Source of the DNA: Isurus oxyrinchus
Taxonomy: Eukaryota
Length of the DNA stretch: 64,000 nt
Assembly: GCA_026770705.1 (NCBI GenBank)
Contig: JANJGN010000016.1
Coordinates: 28,396,001-28,460,000, forward strand
Direction of reading: 5' to 3'
Shown here: one piece after another, positions 1-12,956 of the stretch
Layout of the letters: each line of letters opens with the position of its first letter
Numbering within the stretch: the stretch's first letter is position 1
Position numbers and translations under genes: made by a program
The notes under the pieces: generated by a model
Told to the model about the DNA's origin: nothing
Databases searched by the model: none
Seen by the model: the letters and a program-made list of their open reading frames with translations, nothing else

Positions 1-629
1 TGGCATCAGATTCATCTGTCGAGTCTCGTGTAAATCACTTGTTTGCTTGCTGTCCTGTACAGGAGAGTAGTCAGTATAATGGTGTGACTGACTCCCATCA
101 CTAGGTGGCATCGGTGCCCTTTTTCAGGATTCAATTTCAGTTCAGTTGCCTGCTGTAGATTTGGTTATAAAGCAACTAGAATATTTGCACCAATGTGTCC
201 ATTGAATTTTTTGCGATTGACAAATAGAATGTATGCTGAACCCTGAGGAACTGTATTTCATTAAACTGGGAGAACCCATTCTCTTTTAGAGCTACGATGA
301 CCTCTTTTGTGAAAGATCCAGGCCTTGTGGATATTTAAGAATTTTCTGTGTTTTTGTGTGACAATTACACATGTATACTTCAGCTGAATTAGTGAACTGT
401 TCACCAAATGATACAGTTTTACTCATTATAAAGTGTCGAAGGAGCCTTTTATTACAGGTGAAAAATGATTTCCTGAATTTGTTGCTGATGTCTAAGTCGC
501 CTTGCAGTGATTTACAGCAAAGTAGCATGTAATTAATAATCATTTTAATTCAAGTCCATTAAATATCAATGACAAGTACGAAAAGAGGAGAATATATATC
601 CCTTAATTTCTACTCTTTCCAATTTCTAG

Positions 630-704
630 GGCTGTTACTTCTGTGTGAAACAGTATGCGCTTGAGTGTTCCCGAATTCCAATGGGACAGTCTGTCAATTC
701 TCAG
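630..704 (+). CDS. SZT2: SZT2 coding exon (8th from last); gene starts upstream of the window
   Basis: Pyrimidine tract and AG at 628-629, GT at 705. Encodes [25 protein letters not shown], matching recalled human SZT2 [25 protein letters not shown]. Phase 0/0. Confidence 0.93.
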
Positions 705-2025
705 GTAACTTTAAATCTGTTAGAGAAATAAGGGATCGTATTTCTATATCGACATGCTTAAAATTAAAGACAGATCATTCAGTTTAACTGACCTATGATA
801 AAACATTAAAAAAATCAAGGCTACACAGCACAACTCATAATGGTTAAAAAAAAACCTGTTTAAATTTTCTGTGAAAAGTGTAGATGCTGCAACCCCCTAT
901 TTGCTTCATTTTAAAACAACAATGTAACTAGCCATTGCTTAATTAAACAATGCTGCTGAACGAAAAGAATGGAAATGGGCAGTCTGATGGGGTGGGAATA
1001 CTATCATTAGAAATTGAACAGCCAGTTGTAACAACGCTGTTGGAGCAGAAAAAGACCATTCAACCCATTCAATTTGCTCATTATTTCTTCATCTCTGACA
1101 CCTTTGTTCAAATGCGCATTTGGCCTAGTTGAAAAAATAGGCTGATTGCTCTAAACAGTTGAGAAACATTAAGAACAGCTATGAAGTCATACTGTGTGTT
1201 GTTCCACTTAGCCGTAAGATGAGGCTACCCTTAGACCAAACATAAGGATGTTAGCCAAGGAACAAAAATAAATTGTGATTAATAAACTGGTTTAGCTCAG
1301 TTGTAATCAGTCTTGTTGTCCCTTCCTTCCCATATTAATGAGTCATTTCAAAATATAGCAGCTAATTGCTTTTGACATTTACTTGTGTCATAGAAGTCAA
1401 ACAGTTTTTATTGGACCATTGTGCCACAGCCCTTTGACACCTTTGCTTTAAAACTACCTAAGTTGTTGTCTTTGAATATTTGCCACCTGGTGTCAGTAGC
1501 CCCCTTTATAAAATGATGTATATGGTTCAGTTTCACCAGACTACTTAATTTATACTTCACCATATGTTGAGAATATGTTGTGTAGATTCAATTTTTCTGA
1601 TGATTCTGAATGATTCATTTTTAAGTTAGCATTGTAGTACAGAATCTGTTTCAAATGACATTTGCGGGTCTTCACTTGATTTTTAAAAATGGCTTGCATG
1701 ATCTTCCTATATATTTGTAAATAATTTGTAATCTCTTAGCCTTTATGTTCAGTTATTCACAACATTTGGTCAAGGCATTGCCACCTAATGAGTTAAATTA
1801 TACACAATACTGTCCTTTGTTAATCAGATTTGGGTTTTGCATTATCAGCAAGTTCTGAAAGAATAAAACTAAATGTGCAGAATTTCCTGTCGATCCCTAA
1901 ACTGTCAAAATGGAGATTCTGAGGAACTGTGGCAAACCTGACCCTTGACCTCTGTCAAGCAATCATGCCTGTAGGGGGAGTGTCACAATGGGTTCCTGTA
2001 TGGCGGTAATAGGTTTGAAAATCAA

Positions 2026-2160
2026 GGCCAGGATTTTTGGCCCTGCCACAGCATGTCCCCCCCCCATCCCCCAGCGGATGCGGGGAGCCATTTAAATCTC
2101 CATTCAGTTCGGCATGACTGTAATATCCCACTAGGTGGGAGGGGCTGTAAAATTCTGGCC
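2026..2160. mobile_element. ~135 bp MITE (PIF/Harbinger-like)
   Basis: Inverted termini GGCCAGGATTTT...AAAATTCTGGCC with further internal complementarity. Same size and ends as 16535-16670. Confidence 0.6.
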
Positions 2161-2886
2161 AAAGTTTGCTTTGACCAGTGGGAAGTTAGTAGGATCACCT
2201 AAGTTCCTTCACTGTATAAGTGTCCTGTGTGTGAGAAATAGTGGAAAGACACACACAATCTCAAAATTGAGTGGCTTGGCTCCCTTGTCAAAGCCTCAAC
2301 AATCTCTTGTTTTTCTGAAAGCTGCCTTAATATTCATTTCTGGGTTAGCCCACTCCTTAACATTTGAAGTGTTTGAAAACAAGAGGAACCTTTGTGCAAC
2401 TGAACCTTGTCCCTGCTCAAGATGCTCTTGGCATATTGCATACCATGTAAGCTATTAGCACAGAAAGTGAAGAATAAAGAATTCTGGTGACAATAATACC
2501 ATATGACATTCTAGCGCAAAACCAGGCTAAGCATGCCATTCTGTACCGATTGTAAAGATCATCTTTTGTTTGATGTATCTCAACATGGTTCACAAAACTT
2601 TTTGAAACTTTAAATTGTAAATTACAAATTGGCTTGTAGCTAGGGCTCCACATTATGGGGATAAACTTCCTGGAGAAGGCAACCCATCTTTACAAAGGAA
2701 GCATTAGTCATCAGGCAGAGGGATGATAATGTAGATTTAGTTGCAAATATTTCATGATCTCAACACCAGTGACAACAAAGATTAATCCATGAAACAATGT
2801 TTTGGGGGATTTAGTTCCAACCACTTTAAGAGTCTGCATTAGAAATCATAGAAAAGGACCTAGAACTAGCTTTGACTCTTAATAGT

Positions 2887-3438
2887 GGACAGAATTTAAG
2901 CCATCCCAGCCAGCCATGTGGCCACGGGAGTGACCTGGGATGGAGGGGATGCTGTTTAATCATGCAGGAAGGTGTGGGGTGGAGAGCCTGTCACCTTCTC
3001 GACACCCCTCCTAATTAAGTCAAGGGAGGGGATGGTCAAGGTCAGCCAATGCCCTGGCAGCCTGCCTGCGGGTTCAAGGTAGGGAACCTCCTAATCGGGC
3101 AGCTTGAGTCCCTTGGAGAGCTCTTTCAGTAGCAGAAGCTGCCCCCCCACTGAAAGCCCCATCCCTGTCCTCCACATCCCTGTCCTCCACATCTACCACC
3201 TCCAAGTTGGGGAAGGGCCCCCACCCTCGCTGGAGCCTGCCTGGTGACTGCACCAAAATGTCACCTAACTTTGAAGTATTTTTGAGTGGTTTGCACAATA
3301 CATCCAGACTAAGCTGGTACTGAGCAGTTTATGACGGCAGATTTTCAACTGCATTTCCTCATGGGTGTCAGATATGCTGCGTTGGCACTGATCAGGACAT
3401 TGGAGAAAGTGGAACCACTGTAGATTAAAATTGTCTCC
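2887..3438. mobile_element. Degenerate non-autonomous DNA element (MITE-like)
   Basis: GC-richer island with imperfect termini GGACAGAATTT...AAATTGTCTCC. Contains a 15 bp tandem duplication at 3160-3189. Confidence 0.35.
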
Positions 3439-4277
3439 AATATAAACATGGCATTTCACACACTGAAATAAATCAGGTGAGGAGTCTATTTTTGCAAAGA
3501 GATGCTACTTCTTAATTGTACTTTTTTTCAAAGTGGCTGCTATTGCTGCTAGGTATTGGAAACATGTGATTTGGAAAGGAACAGTGCTGTGTTCATTTAA
3601 AATCTGGGTGAATAACAAGTTTCGTGACCCTTCAATTATTAGGCTGCTGTCACAATGTTTTATGATTAATTTTGGCCTGTGGCAATGCCTCACTTTAATG
3701 TACTGTACATAGAATAGAAACTGCATGTGTGTCTGTTGAGTGCCATATCCATCTCCATTCCTGTCTCCCATTAGGGCTCCCTAGTGTCCAAACTCCAGGG
3801 GCCTTGCTCTCATACACTTTCTCTCCTTCCTCACCTCACACCGATTCTCTTTTTGCTAATCTTGCTCACTTTCTGTTTTTCTCCCCCTTACTCTGTGACT
3901 CTGAACATTAGTCGTTCTAAAGGAATGGTTTAGGTGTTGCTTAGATTATGTTCTTTTTCAATTCATAGACATTTATTGTGTGCACTGTTCAGAGATTACT
4001 TGCACCTGATATTTGACGAAGTACTGGAAGAATTGGAAGTGTCCATGCCCACTATTCCTTCCCCTTTCATCTGTATGTTCCTCATTCATTCAGCCTGCAA
4101 GCATTAAATTAAAATTGCTGTCCTTCCATGCAAGCAGAAAAATAATCACCCTTTGAAAAATGACACAGGCACTGCCTTTCAATTGGGTGATCTTTTCAAT
4201 CCCTTCTACTTTGTATTAAAGGCCATGTTATGGTGTTTTGACTATTTTACTGACCAAAATCCTCATGCACAAGGAGG

Positions 4278-5150
4278 AACAACAACAACTTGCATATCTA
4301 CATCACTTATAAAGTCCAAAAACATCATAACACTGCTTCACAGACTCATAAGTATTGGAGGGTGAAAAAGGTGGGTTTTAATGAGGTTACTAAAGGAGAA
4401 GGAGGAGTTAGAAGAATGTAGTGAGGGAATTCCAGAGTATAGGGCCTAGATGGCTGAAGGTATGGCCGCCAATGCTGGGAAAAATAGAAGGAGGGTGCAT
4501 AGGAGGCTAGAGTTGGAGGAAAGGAAAGACCTGGGGGTGCTATTGAAGGTTAGCGAATTAAGGAAGGGGAAGGCCATGATGAGATTTAAACACAAGGATG
4601 AAGATTTTAAGTTTCACATATTGGAAAACTGGGAATTAATATAAGTCGGAGGCGGGGAGAGGTCAAGGTTGATAGATGAGTTGGACTTTTTGTGGGATAG
4701 GATAGGGAAAGCAGTGTTTTTAAATGGCTGAAGTTTGTAGAGGGCTGAGGATAGGAGTTTGACAGGGAGATCATTGGAATTGTCAAGACTGGAGGTAATA
4801 AAGGCATAAATGAGCATTTCAGCAATAGATGGATTAGGTTAATGGTGATGGCAGGCGATCTTACAGGAGTGGGGGAGTGAACATATGTCTACAGTTCATA
4901 CCAAAGGGTCATATGGATGGGGAAATGGATAGGGACAAAGATAGATAAGGGGAGGATGGGAAGAGAGCCCATTGTTGATGCTCTAACTACAAAATGTTAC
5001 TTAAAAGTCAAGCTAGATGAGGATAGTTGGAGAATAGAAGAACAGCATTGGATAAAGATGGCCTATTTGACTGTGTCTTGGAAGTTGAGATGAGGGAGCA
5101 GAGATGGGGGTCACACTAAGAGGAACAACTGGAGTGGGAAAGAGTAAAGG
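4278..5150 (-). mobile_element. L2-like LINE 3' fragment
   Basis: Begins with an (AAC)n tail then ttgcat. The motif gggaattccagag..ggcctag..gctgaagg is shared with 13232-13560 and 14815-15680. Confidence 0.55.
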
Positions 5151-5268
5151 TTTTGTTAGGCTTATTCATAATTAAAAACAAAAAACTGCGGATGCTGGAA
5201 ATCCAAAACAATAACAGAATTACCTGGAAAAACTCAGCAGGTCTGGCAGCATCAACGGAGAAGAAAAG

Positions 5269-5307
5269 AGTTGACGTTTCGAGTCCTCATGACCCTTCAA
5301 CAGAACT
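5269..5307 (-). ncRNA. Minimal type I hammerhead ribozyme motif (A6U core variant) in PLE terminal repeat
   Basis: Reads AGUU-CUGUUGA-A-GGGUC-AUGAG-GACUC-GAA-ACGUC-AACU: stem I AGUU/AACU, stem II GGGUC/GACUC, palindromic ACGU stem III, GUC cleavage triplet. Confidence 0.65.
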
Positions 5308-7432
5308 AGGTGAATCCAAGGAGAGGGGTGAAATATAAGCTGGTTTATGGTGGGGAGGGGGTGGTTGGGCGGGGGGAGAGAAGTGGAGGGGGGGGTGGTG
5401 TGGTAGTAGGGATAAGCAAGCAGTGATAGCAGATAATCAAAAGATGTCACAGACAAAAGAACAAAAGAACACATAGGTGTTGAAGTTGGTGATATTATCT
5501 AAACGAATATGCTAATTAAGAATGGATGGTAGGGCACTCAAGGTACAGCTCCAGTGGGGTTGGGGTTGAAAGGCTAGCAGGGCATAAAAGATTTAAAAAT
5601 AATGGAAATAGGTGGGAAAAGAAAAATCTATATAAATTATTGGAAAAAAACAAAAGGAAGGGGGAAGAAACTGAAAGGGGGTGGGGATGGAGGAGGGAGT
5701 TCAAGATCTAAAGTTGTTGAATTCAAAATTCAGTCCGGAAGGCTGTAAAATGCCTAGTTGGAAGATGAGGTGCTGTTCCTCCAGTTTGTGCTGGACTTCA
5801 CTGGAACAATGCAGCAAGCCAAGGACAGACATGTGGGCAAGAAAGCAGGCTGGAGTGTTAAAATGGCAAGCGACAGGGAGGTTTGGGTCATTCTTGCGGA
5901 CAGACTGCAGGTGTTCTGCAAAGTGGTTGCCCAGATTACATTTGGTCTCTCCAATGTAGAGGAGACCACATTGGGAGCAATGAATGCAGTAGACTAAGTT
6001 GGGGGAAATGCAAGTGAAATGCTGCTTCACTTGAAAGGAGTGTTTGGCCCTTGGACGGTGAGGAGAGAGGAAGTGAAGGGGCAGGTGTTGCATCCTTTGC
6101 GTGGGCATGGGGAGATGCCATAGGTGGGGGTTGAGGAGTAGGATGTGATGGAAGAGTGGACCAGGGTGTCCCGGAGGGAACGATCCCTACGGAATGCCGC
6201 CGGGGGGGTGAAGGGAAGATGTGTTTGGTGGTGGCATCATGCTGGAGTTGGCGGAAATGGCGGAGGATGATCCTTTGAATGCGGAGGCTGGTGGGGTGAT
6301 AAGTGAGGACAAGGGGGACCCTATCATGTTTCTGGGAGGGAGGAGAAGGCATGAGGGCGGATGCGCGGGAGATGGGCCAGACACGTTTGAGGGCCCTGTC
6401 AACGACCGTGGGCGGAAAACCTCAGTTAAGGAAGAAGGAGGACACGTCAGAGGAACTGTTTTTGAAGTTAGCATCATCAGAACAGATGCGACGGAGGCGA
6501 AGGAACTGAGAGAATGGGATGGAGTCCTTACAAGAAGCGGGGTGTGAGGAGCTGTTGTCGAGGTAGCTGTGGGAGTCGGCAGGCTTGTAATGGATATTGG
6601 TGGACAGTCTATCATCAGAAATTGAGACAGAGAGGTCAATGAAGAGAAGGGAAGTGTCAGAGATGGACCACGTTGCCATTTCCGCCAACTCCTTTCAAGT
6701 GAAGCAGCATTTCACTTGCATTTGCCTCAACTTAGTCTACTGCATTCATTGCTCCCAATGCAGTCTCCTCTACATTGGAGAGACCAAACGTAAACTGGGC
6801 GACCGCTTTGCAGAACACCTGCGGTCTGTCCGCAAGAATGACCCAAACCTCCCTGTCGCTTGCCATTTTAACCATCCACCCTGCTTTCTTGCCCACATGT
6901 CTGTCCTTGGCTTGCTGCATTGTTCCAGTGAAGCCCAACGCAAGCTGGAGAAACAGCACCTCATCTTCCGACAAGGCACTTTACAGCCTTCTGGACTGAA
7001 TATTGAATTCAGCAACTTTAGATCTTGAACTGCCTCCTCCACCCCACTCCCTTTCTGTTTCTTCCCCCTTCCTTTTGTTTTTTCCAATAATTTATATAGA
7101 TTTTTCTTTTCCCACCTATTTCCATTATTTTTAAATCTTTTCTGCCCTGCTAGCCTTTCAACCCCACCCCCACTGGAGCTGTACCTTGAGTGCCCTACCA
7201 TCCATTCTTAATTAGCACATTCGTTTAGATAATATCACCAACTTCAACACCTCTGTGTTCTTTTGTTCTTTTGTCTGTGACATCTTTTGATTATCTGCTC
7301 CTATCACTGCTTGCTTGTCCCTACAATCACACCACCCTCCTCCACTTCTCTCCCCCCACCCAACCACCCCGCCCCCCCCCACCCCCACACCTTAAACCAG
7401 CTTATATTTCACCCCTCTCCTTCGATTCATCA

Positions 7433-7471
7433 AGTTCTGTTGAAGGGTCATGCGGACTCGAAACATCAACT
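7433..7471 (+). ncRNA. Second copy of the minimal hammerhead motif, sense to SZT2 pre-mRNA
   Basis: AGUU-CUGUUGA-A-GGGUC-AUGCG-GACUC-GAA-ACAUC-AACU. The stem III palindrome is broken by a CpG-type G>A change. Confidence 0.55.
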
Positions 7472-8752
7472 CTTTTCTTCTCCGCCGATGCTGCCAGACC
7501 TGCTGAGTTTTTCCAGGTAATTCTGTTTTTGTTTTTATTCCTAATTAATCCTATTCTAGTCTACATCTAAATATAACGTTAAATATAACTCCTCGGAGAG
7601 ATGGTAACTGCAAATTTTGTGGTACCTAATACAACGCTTATCATGAGACCTTTACAACCACATTGTTTTGCACAGTGGTCACTGCCACATTGTCTCTTAT
7701 TCAGAGAAGCCACTAATGGCCAAGCAACATTCATATCTCTAATAAGTGGTCTTGAGGGATGAGCATTTCTGCTGCATTGTAACCGCGGTTTCTTCCCTCA
7801 TCTGGGCCCTACTGACTGATGTCTTTATAGATGATTTGAACCACGATGTGATTCCTAGGACAAAAGCAATTTGTACTTCATAAAGTCAAGTTTGCTTTGT
7901 TATTTCAAATAGCTTGTCTGCAAAAGCTCAGAGAAGATAGTGACATGCAACAGTACAGTTGTTAGGTACATAAAGAAGCACGGAAGAATACTATTCCACT
8001 TGCTTTCCCTTTGTGTTATGAAAACCTGGCATTGTTACCGTTAAAATATATCAGGCTGCTCCACTAAACAGCTCTGTACATTGTACCAGACAGCCTGCAG
8101 AGGAATCAAAAATGCATTCATATCATAGGGTTACTCAATGATACATCTAATGCAACCTTCCAAACCAGAGATAGAGTGAATCTGTTGCCTGAAACAAAAC
8201 AGGATAACAGATGCCCTCGAGGCTTGTTGATTCTTGGGAAATCAATGTGGGGACAGCAATTTTCTTTGAATGTTGAGTTTTCATTGTTAACACCTTACCC
8301 AAGAAATAAATATCAGTAAACAATTTGGAGAAATGCTTGTTTTAGATACAGACAGTGCAACCAGATGGATATCAGAGGAAATGTTGGTAGGGTGTAATGG
8401 TGCTTTTATGAGAGTTACATCACTCTAAAGGAATGTTCCTGTGGACATTCAGGCACTATGGATGGTCAATTTTTGGGCTTTTGTGTTCAATATTATTGCT
8501 TTTATGAGCTTTAAGTCAGCTGACTTCCTATTGTGGTGAGTAGATTGTACAACTCATTCTATTTATAACTGACAAAATAGAGTGAGAGTACTACATATCT
8601 ATTCCAGTGTGATGTCTAAAATCAGGGCATTTCTTATACTAGGGAGTTATATTCTCAAATGTTGAATCCGGTGATAAGAAACGTGACTGCTGCAAAACAA
8701 TTCCAATCTTTAAAACATTGTTCTAAATTCCCCTAGAACAAAGATAAACCTG

Positions 8753-10983
8753 GGCCCAGATTCTTGCTCCTGGGTCAGGCGCTCAGAGATGGGAGAATTC
8801 TCAGCTCCATGAACATGGCCTTTAAAAATGGCTGCCTGGACATTGGACTTTTGGTCTGTGGGGGACAGGCTAGAGTAGGAGTCGGGGCAGGTGATCTGGG
8901 AAGAAGTGAGGAGGCTACCGGGTGTGGAGGTGAGCTGGGCAGAAAGCCTGCCTCAGAGCACTGACACTGTGTTCAAAAATAAAAAAATGAAGATTAAAAC
9001 ATCCTTCCTGTCCCCACCCACCCCCCCCCCCCCCCCCAAACACTCCCCACACTCCATCCATGCCAGCCCAAGCTACCTCATGCCCTGTATCCACCCCTGT
9101 GGTCCTTTTATAGTCCCTATGCCACTGACATGGCACCTCACGCCCTCCATGTCCAAGTATCCACCCTCTTTGCCCTTTATAGCCACTATACCAAATTAGT
9201 GTCAACTCATGCCAGCCCATGCCACCACACCCACTACCTTTTGCGCCTGCACTTACACCTGCCCTACCAATTCACCTAGTGTCCACCACGGGCAGACGTC
9301 AGGACCAATGCAGAGATGAGGTAAAATAAGTGCCTGTTGTTGACTTCACTGTGTTGAAAAAAATGCACATTCACAAAAGCTTATTTGCTACATTTACAGT
9401 CCTTTAACTAAATAAAGCATTATAACAACAAGCATTTCATTCAGGTGCACAATCTCTTATAACAACAAGCATTGGAATTCATAGCCCCACATCAAAGAGT
9501 CTATAATCACTTGTAGCTGTCAATCAAACTCTGAAATGCCTTTTTTCCATGCCCTCATTATCTCCTGATTTATTCTGCTCCCTTAGGGGAGGTAAGATGC
9601 CCTTTGGTGAAAGTCAGGTGCCCACTGAAAGCATTAAAAGTAGGCATTAATGTGCATAAAAAGTGTGTAAACTCATTACGTCAAGCTCATTGGAACTATC
9701 AATGCACCTGTCAAAATCAATTGTCAAAACAGTCAGAAGCACCTCTCAAAGGAAGCTGGCATGGCATTTGAAAGTCCAGCTCTTTAAATCTTTTTAAAAA
9801 TGGTCTGGAGTGTTAAAAAAAATTGCTTGCTATCTCACTCTGTCTGTTGACATAAGCCTGAGGGTTTCCATTACTGGATTGCTGTTGCGTGACTGATATC
9901 ACACACATCTATTATGCACTTTGGCAGTAAGAATAGAGGAGCTGAATATTATTTAAATGGAGAAAGCTGCAGAAGGCTGCAGCACAGAGGGATTTGAGAG
10001 TCCTTATGCATGAATTCCAAAAAGCTAACATACAAGTTCAACAGGTAATAGGGAAGGCAAATGGAATGTTGGTCTTTATTTCAAAGGGAAAGGAGTATAA
10101 AAATAGGGAAGTCTTTCTAAAATTGTACAAGGCACTAGTTAGACCACACCTAGAGTACCATGAATAGTTTTGGTCCCCTTATCTAAAGTTGATCCCGGGT
10201 ATGGGGAATTTTCTTATGAGGAGAGTTTGAGTAGGTTGGGCCTGTACTCATTGGAATTAAGAATGAGAGGCCACCTTATTGAAACATATAAGGTTCTTAG
10301 GGGGCTTGACAGGGTAGATACTGCAAGGTTGTTTCCCCTTGTGGGAGAGTGGAGGACCAGAGGGCACAATCTCAGAGTAAGGGGTCGCCCATTTAAAACA
10401 GAGATGAGGAGGAATTTCTTCTCAGAGGGTAGTCAACCTGTGGACTTCTTTATCACAGAGGGCTGTAGAGGCTGGGTCGTTAAGTATGTTCAAGGCTGAG
10501 ATAGACAGATTTTTAATCAGGGATTTTTAAGGGAATCAATGGTTATGGGGAAAAGGCAGGAAAGGGGAATTGAGGATTATCAGATCAGTCATGATCTCAT
10601 TGAATGGCAGAGTAGAGTCAATGGGCTGAATGGCCTACTTGTGCTCCTCTGCCTTATGGTCTTATGGCAGATCAAAAGGGGTACCTTACCTCTCCAAAGG
10701 GCTACCCTGGTTATCAAAAGGAGCTCACAAAGCTTAGAACTGCCTCATTTAATCTGCATACTTCAGGCTTCGCACACCTGGCCTACCGAAATCTCATTTC
10801 AATGGAAGCAGCTGACAATTTAAATGACCAACTGCCTCCATAGATTGTTCATGCACAAAATGTGCCCCCATTCCTGCCCCCACAAAAATTGGAAGTGCCC
10901 TGTTCGGGGGCGGGACTTCCAATTTTTGGGCAATTTTGTTATTTTCATCATGACAGCCCTCCGTTGTGACAGAAGTCTGGGCC
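8753..10983. mobile_element. Non-autonomous PIF/Harbinger-like DNA transposon with nested CR1 fragment
   Basis: TIRs GGCCCAGA...TCTGGGCC and a 3 bp TSD CTG at 8750-8752 and 10984-10986. Confidence 0.6.
9918..10667 (+). mobile_element. CR1-type LINE 3' fragment
   Basis: SYEESLSRLGLYSLE..MRGHLIETYK..RTRGH..EMRRNFFS ORF2 C-terminus, ending in a (CTTATGGT)-type tail. Confidence 0.9.
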
Positions 10984-12956
10984 CTGATGTCTATTTGATA
11001 TAACTGTATTGCTCAACAGCAATGTGAGGCAATGATTTTTGATTTAAGGGCTGACATTTTAAAACTTCAAATTTATTTTGCAAGTAAGGAAGTTCTTTCT
11101 AAGGACTAAAGTAATAAAAGTTTAATAAAGCTGCATTTTATTGGTGTGGGCTTGCAGACTGTTGAGAACTCATTATTCCATAGATCTGATTATTGTTGAA
11201 AGTACTCAGCTAGCAATGGTGAATGGATGTGACAGGATCCAAATAAATGCATAGTGTGCTGGTCTGATCTGGCTCAGCTGTTTTGTAGTATCTCATTTTC
11301 TTTTTCATCTTATAACTATCTCCAACATTATCCCAGAACATTCTGTCAAGCTTTTACTTGTCCACAATCAGCACTGCTCTGATCTGTTTTTTGCCTTTCA
11401 CAGCAGTGAAGAAAGGTTGAATCAGGCAAAGTTATTTTGCCTTCACTTCCATTTTCCATTCACCTGAGACAAGTAAATCTAAATGGGTATCCCTAAATTA
11501 GGCTCATAATCGCAGGTTATCCAAGCACTTCTGGCCATACTTTACTATTTTAAACTATTAGGGCATTCTAAGAAGTTTCTACTTCAACCTATCAGCTGTA
11601 GCTTAAAAGCATTAAGATCCAAAAGTCTTTAAATCAAATGGTAGGTTGTGGTTAATGGTGAGTTTAGACTGAACAAATGTATGTATATATTGCACAGAAT
11701 ATATTTGGGGAACCAAAACTGAGAAAAAAAATTCTCGGGTCGAGGGAGGAGGCGCTACCTAATATTTAAAATCACTATGAGGATTGGTGGAACCTAGAAG
11801 TTGTTTTTTTGCTTAGGTTCTGAAGCCAGAATTCTGGATTTGATTATTTGCAATTGGATTATTGCTACAGAGTGCCCTTTTCCTATTTAAAAGCTGTTAA
11901 CTTTTTGAATGGCTCCCATCTGGTACAGAAAGTCCCGGCTCAGTTTAAATGTTCAGGCCAGATGAGAAACACAAATGACCTTTAGTGATAGGACTTGAAT
12001 GGGCCGAATGGACTTTCTACTCTGACCTAGTTATCTTTTAATTAAGGCAGCCTTAGCATTTAAGGCTAGTTGAAAATGCAGTCATTTCTGTTTCTTGCAC
12101 AAACAGTTCAGTCTTGACTTGGGGGAAAAGAGAAATTTCTTCCAACTTCAGATGGTACCAATAAAACACTAAAAAATACAGCAGGTTTGGTGGGGAGGGG
12201 TGTGTGTTTAGTACAGATCTCAGCTTCACAGAGGAAGATAAGTTTTTTCAGCAGTTCTAAGATTATAAGTTGCCAGCTTTTCTCTTTCATCTTTTCCAAA
12301 TATTTCAGATTTGCTTTCAATTGTGTTTTCCCATTGCCTTATTTGAATAAGAGTAATGCTCAAAATGTGTCAGAAACACCTGAAACATTAGGAAATCAGA
12401 ATAATCATCGGGGTCAAAAGTATAGCAGCTTTGAATGTATCATCAATGGAGTCAGATGACCAATTATGACTCTAAAAACTACCTCTTGTCTTTGGTCATT
12501 GTCATTCTGAATGCTCTATTCATGATAACATTTATACAACCATAATAATTATAGTACTTCATATTTAGAATCTGACAGTTGGTGGGTTCCTCATTTAACC
12601 ATAGTTCTCAAATTCCTGAATTTTGTCATGTCTTTACTTTTAATACCAGAATAAGTATTATTCCATCTTTTCTTTAATGGGATGTTGCCATGAGTTGAGC
12701 AATTAATATCAAGCCCAAGATTCAATCCATGATGTTAGTTGAACAATAGAATTGAGAATAGCATGAGGCACTGCCATTTTTCAAAATTGCAATATTCAAT
12801 GTTTTGAACATTACAATTGTAATAAGGGATGCATTATAGTAAAAAAATTTATTTGTTGAACTTCAAGCAAAGGGAAATTTAATTGAACTTAGCAAGCTAT
12901 AACCCGAGAGTAGGGTGAATGTAATCCATAGTTACCTATTGTCTCTATCCTGGCAG

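Larger units (their letters stand above)
5176..7534. mobile_element. Penelope-like retroelement insertion forming a head-to-head inverted repeat (minus copy 5176-6672, plus copy 6675-7534)
   Basis: GIY-YIG endonuclease (LVYCIHCSQCGLLYIGETK...EHL...PVACHFN) on both strands. PLE RT C-terminus (YKPADSHSYL..SSHP..KDSIPFSQFLRLRRICS) on the minus strand. 14 bp TSD with 1 mismatch: ttattcataattaa 5162-5175 / ttattcctaattaa 7535-7548. Confidence 0.92.

Noticed and set aside
3160-3192. DVEDRDVEDRD peptide repeat
   Set aside because: It is a 15 bp tandem duplication inside a non-coding repeat.
6597-7028. 143 aa GIY-YIG ORF as a novel nuclease gene
   Set aside because: It is chimeric across the inversion junction, its N-terminus is antisense RT sequence, and there is no evidence of a promoter or splicing.
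7553-7563. ATTCTAGTCTA next to both PLE palindromes (also at 42047) as a target-site motif
   Set aside because: Only two instances, in AT-rich DNA, and at different positions relative to the TSDs.
9013-9037. Poly-C tracts (also ~7350-7390, 22182-22196, 56302-56319) as regulatory elements
   Set aside because: Homopolymer slippage, mostly within repeats; the lengths may be unreliable in the assembly.
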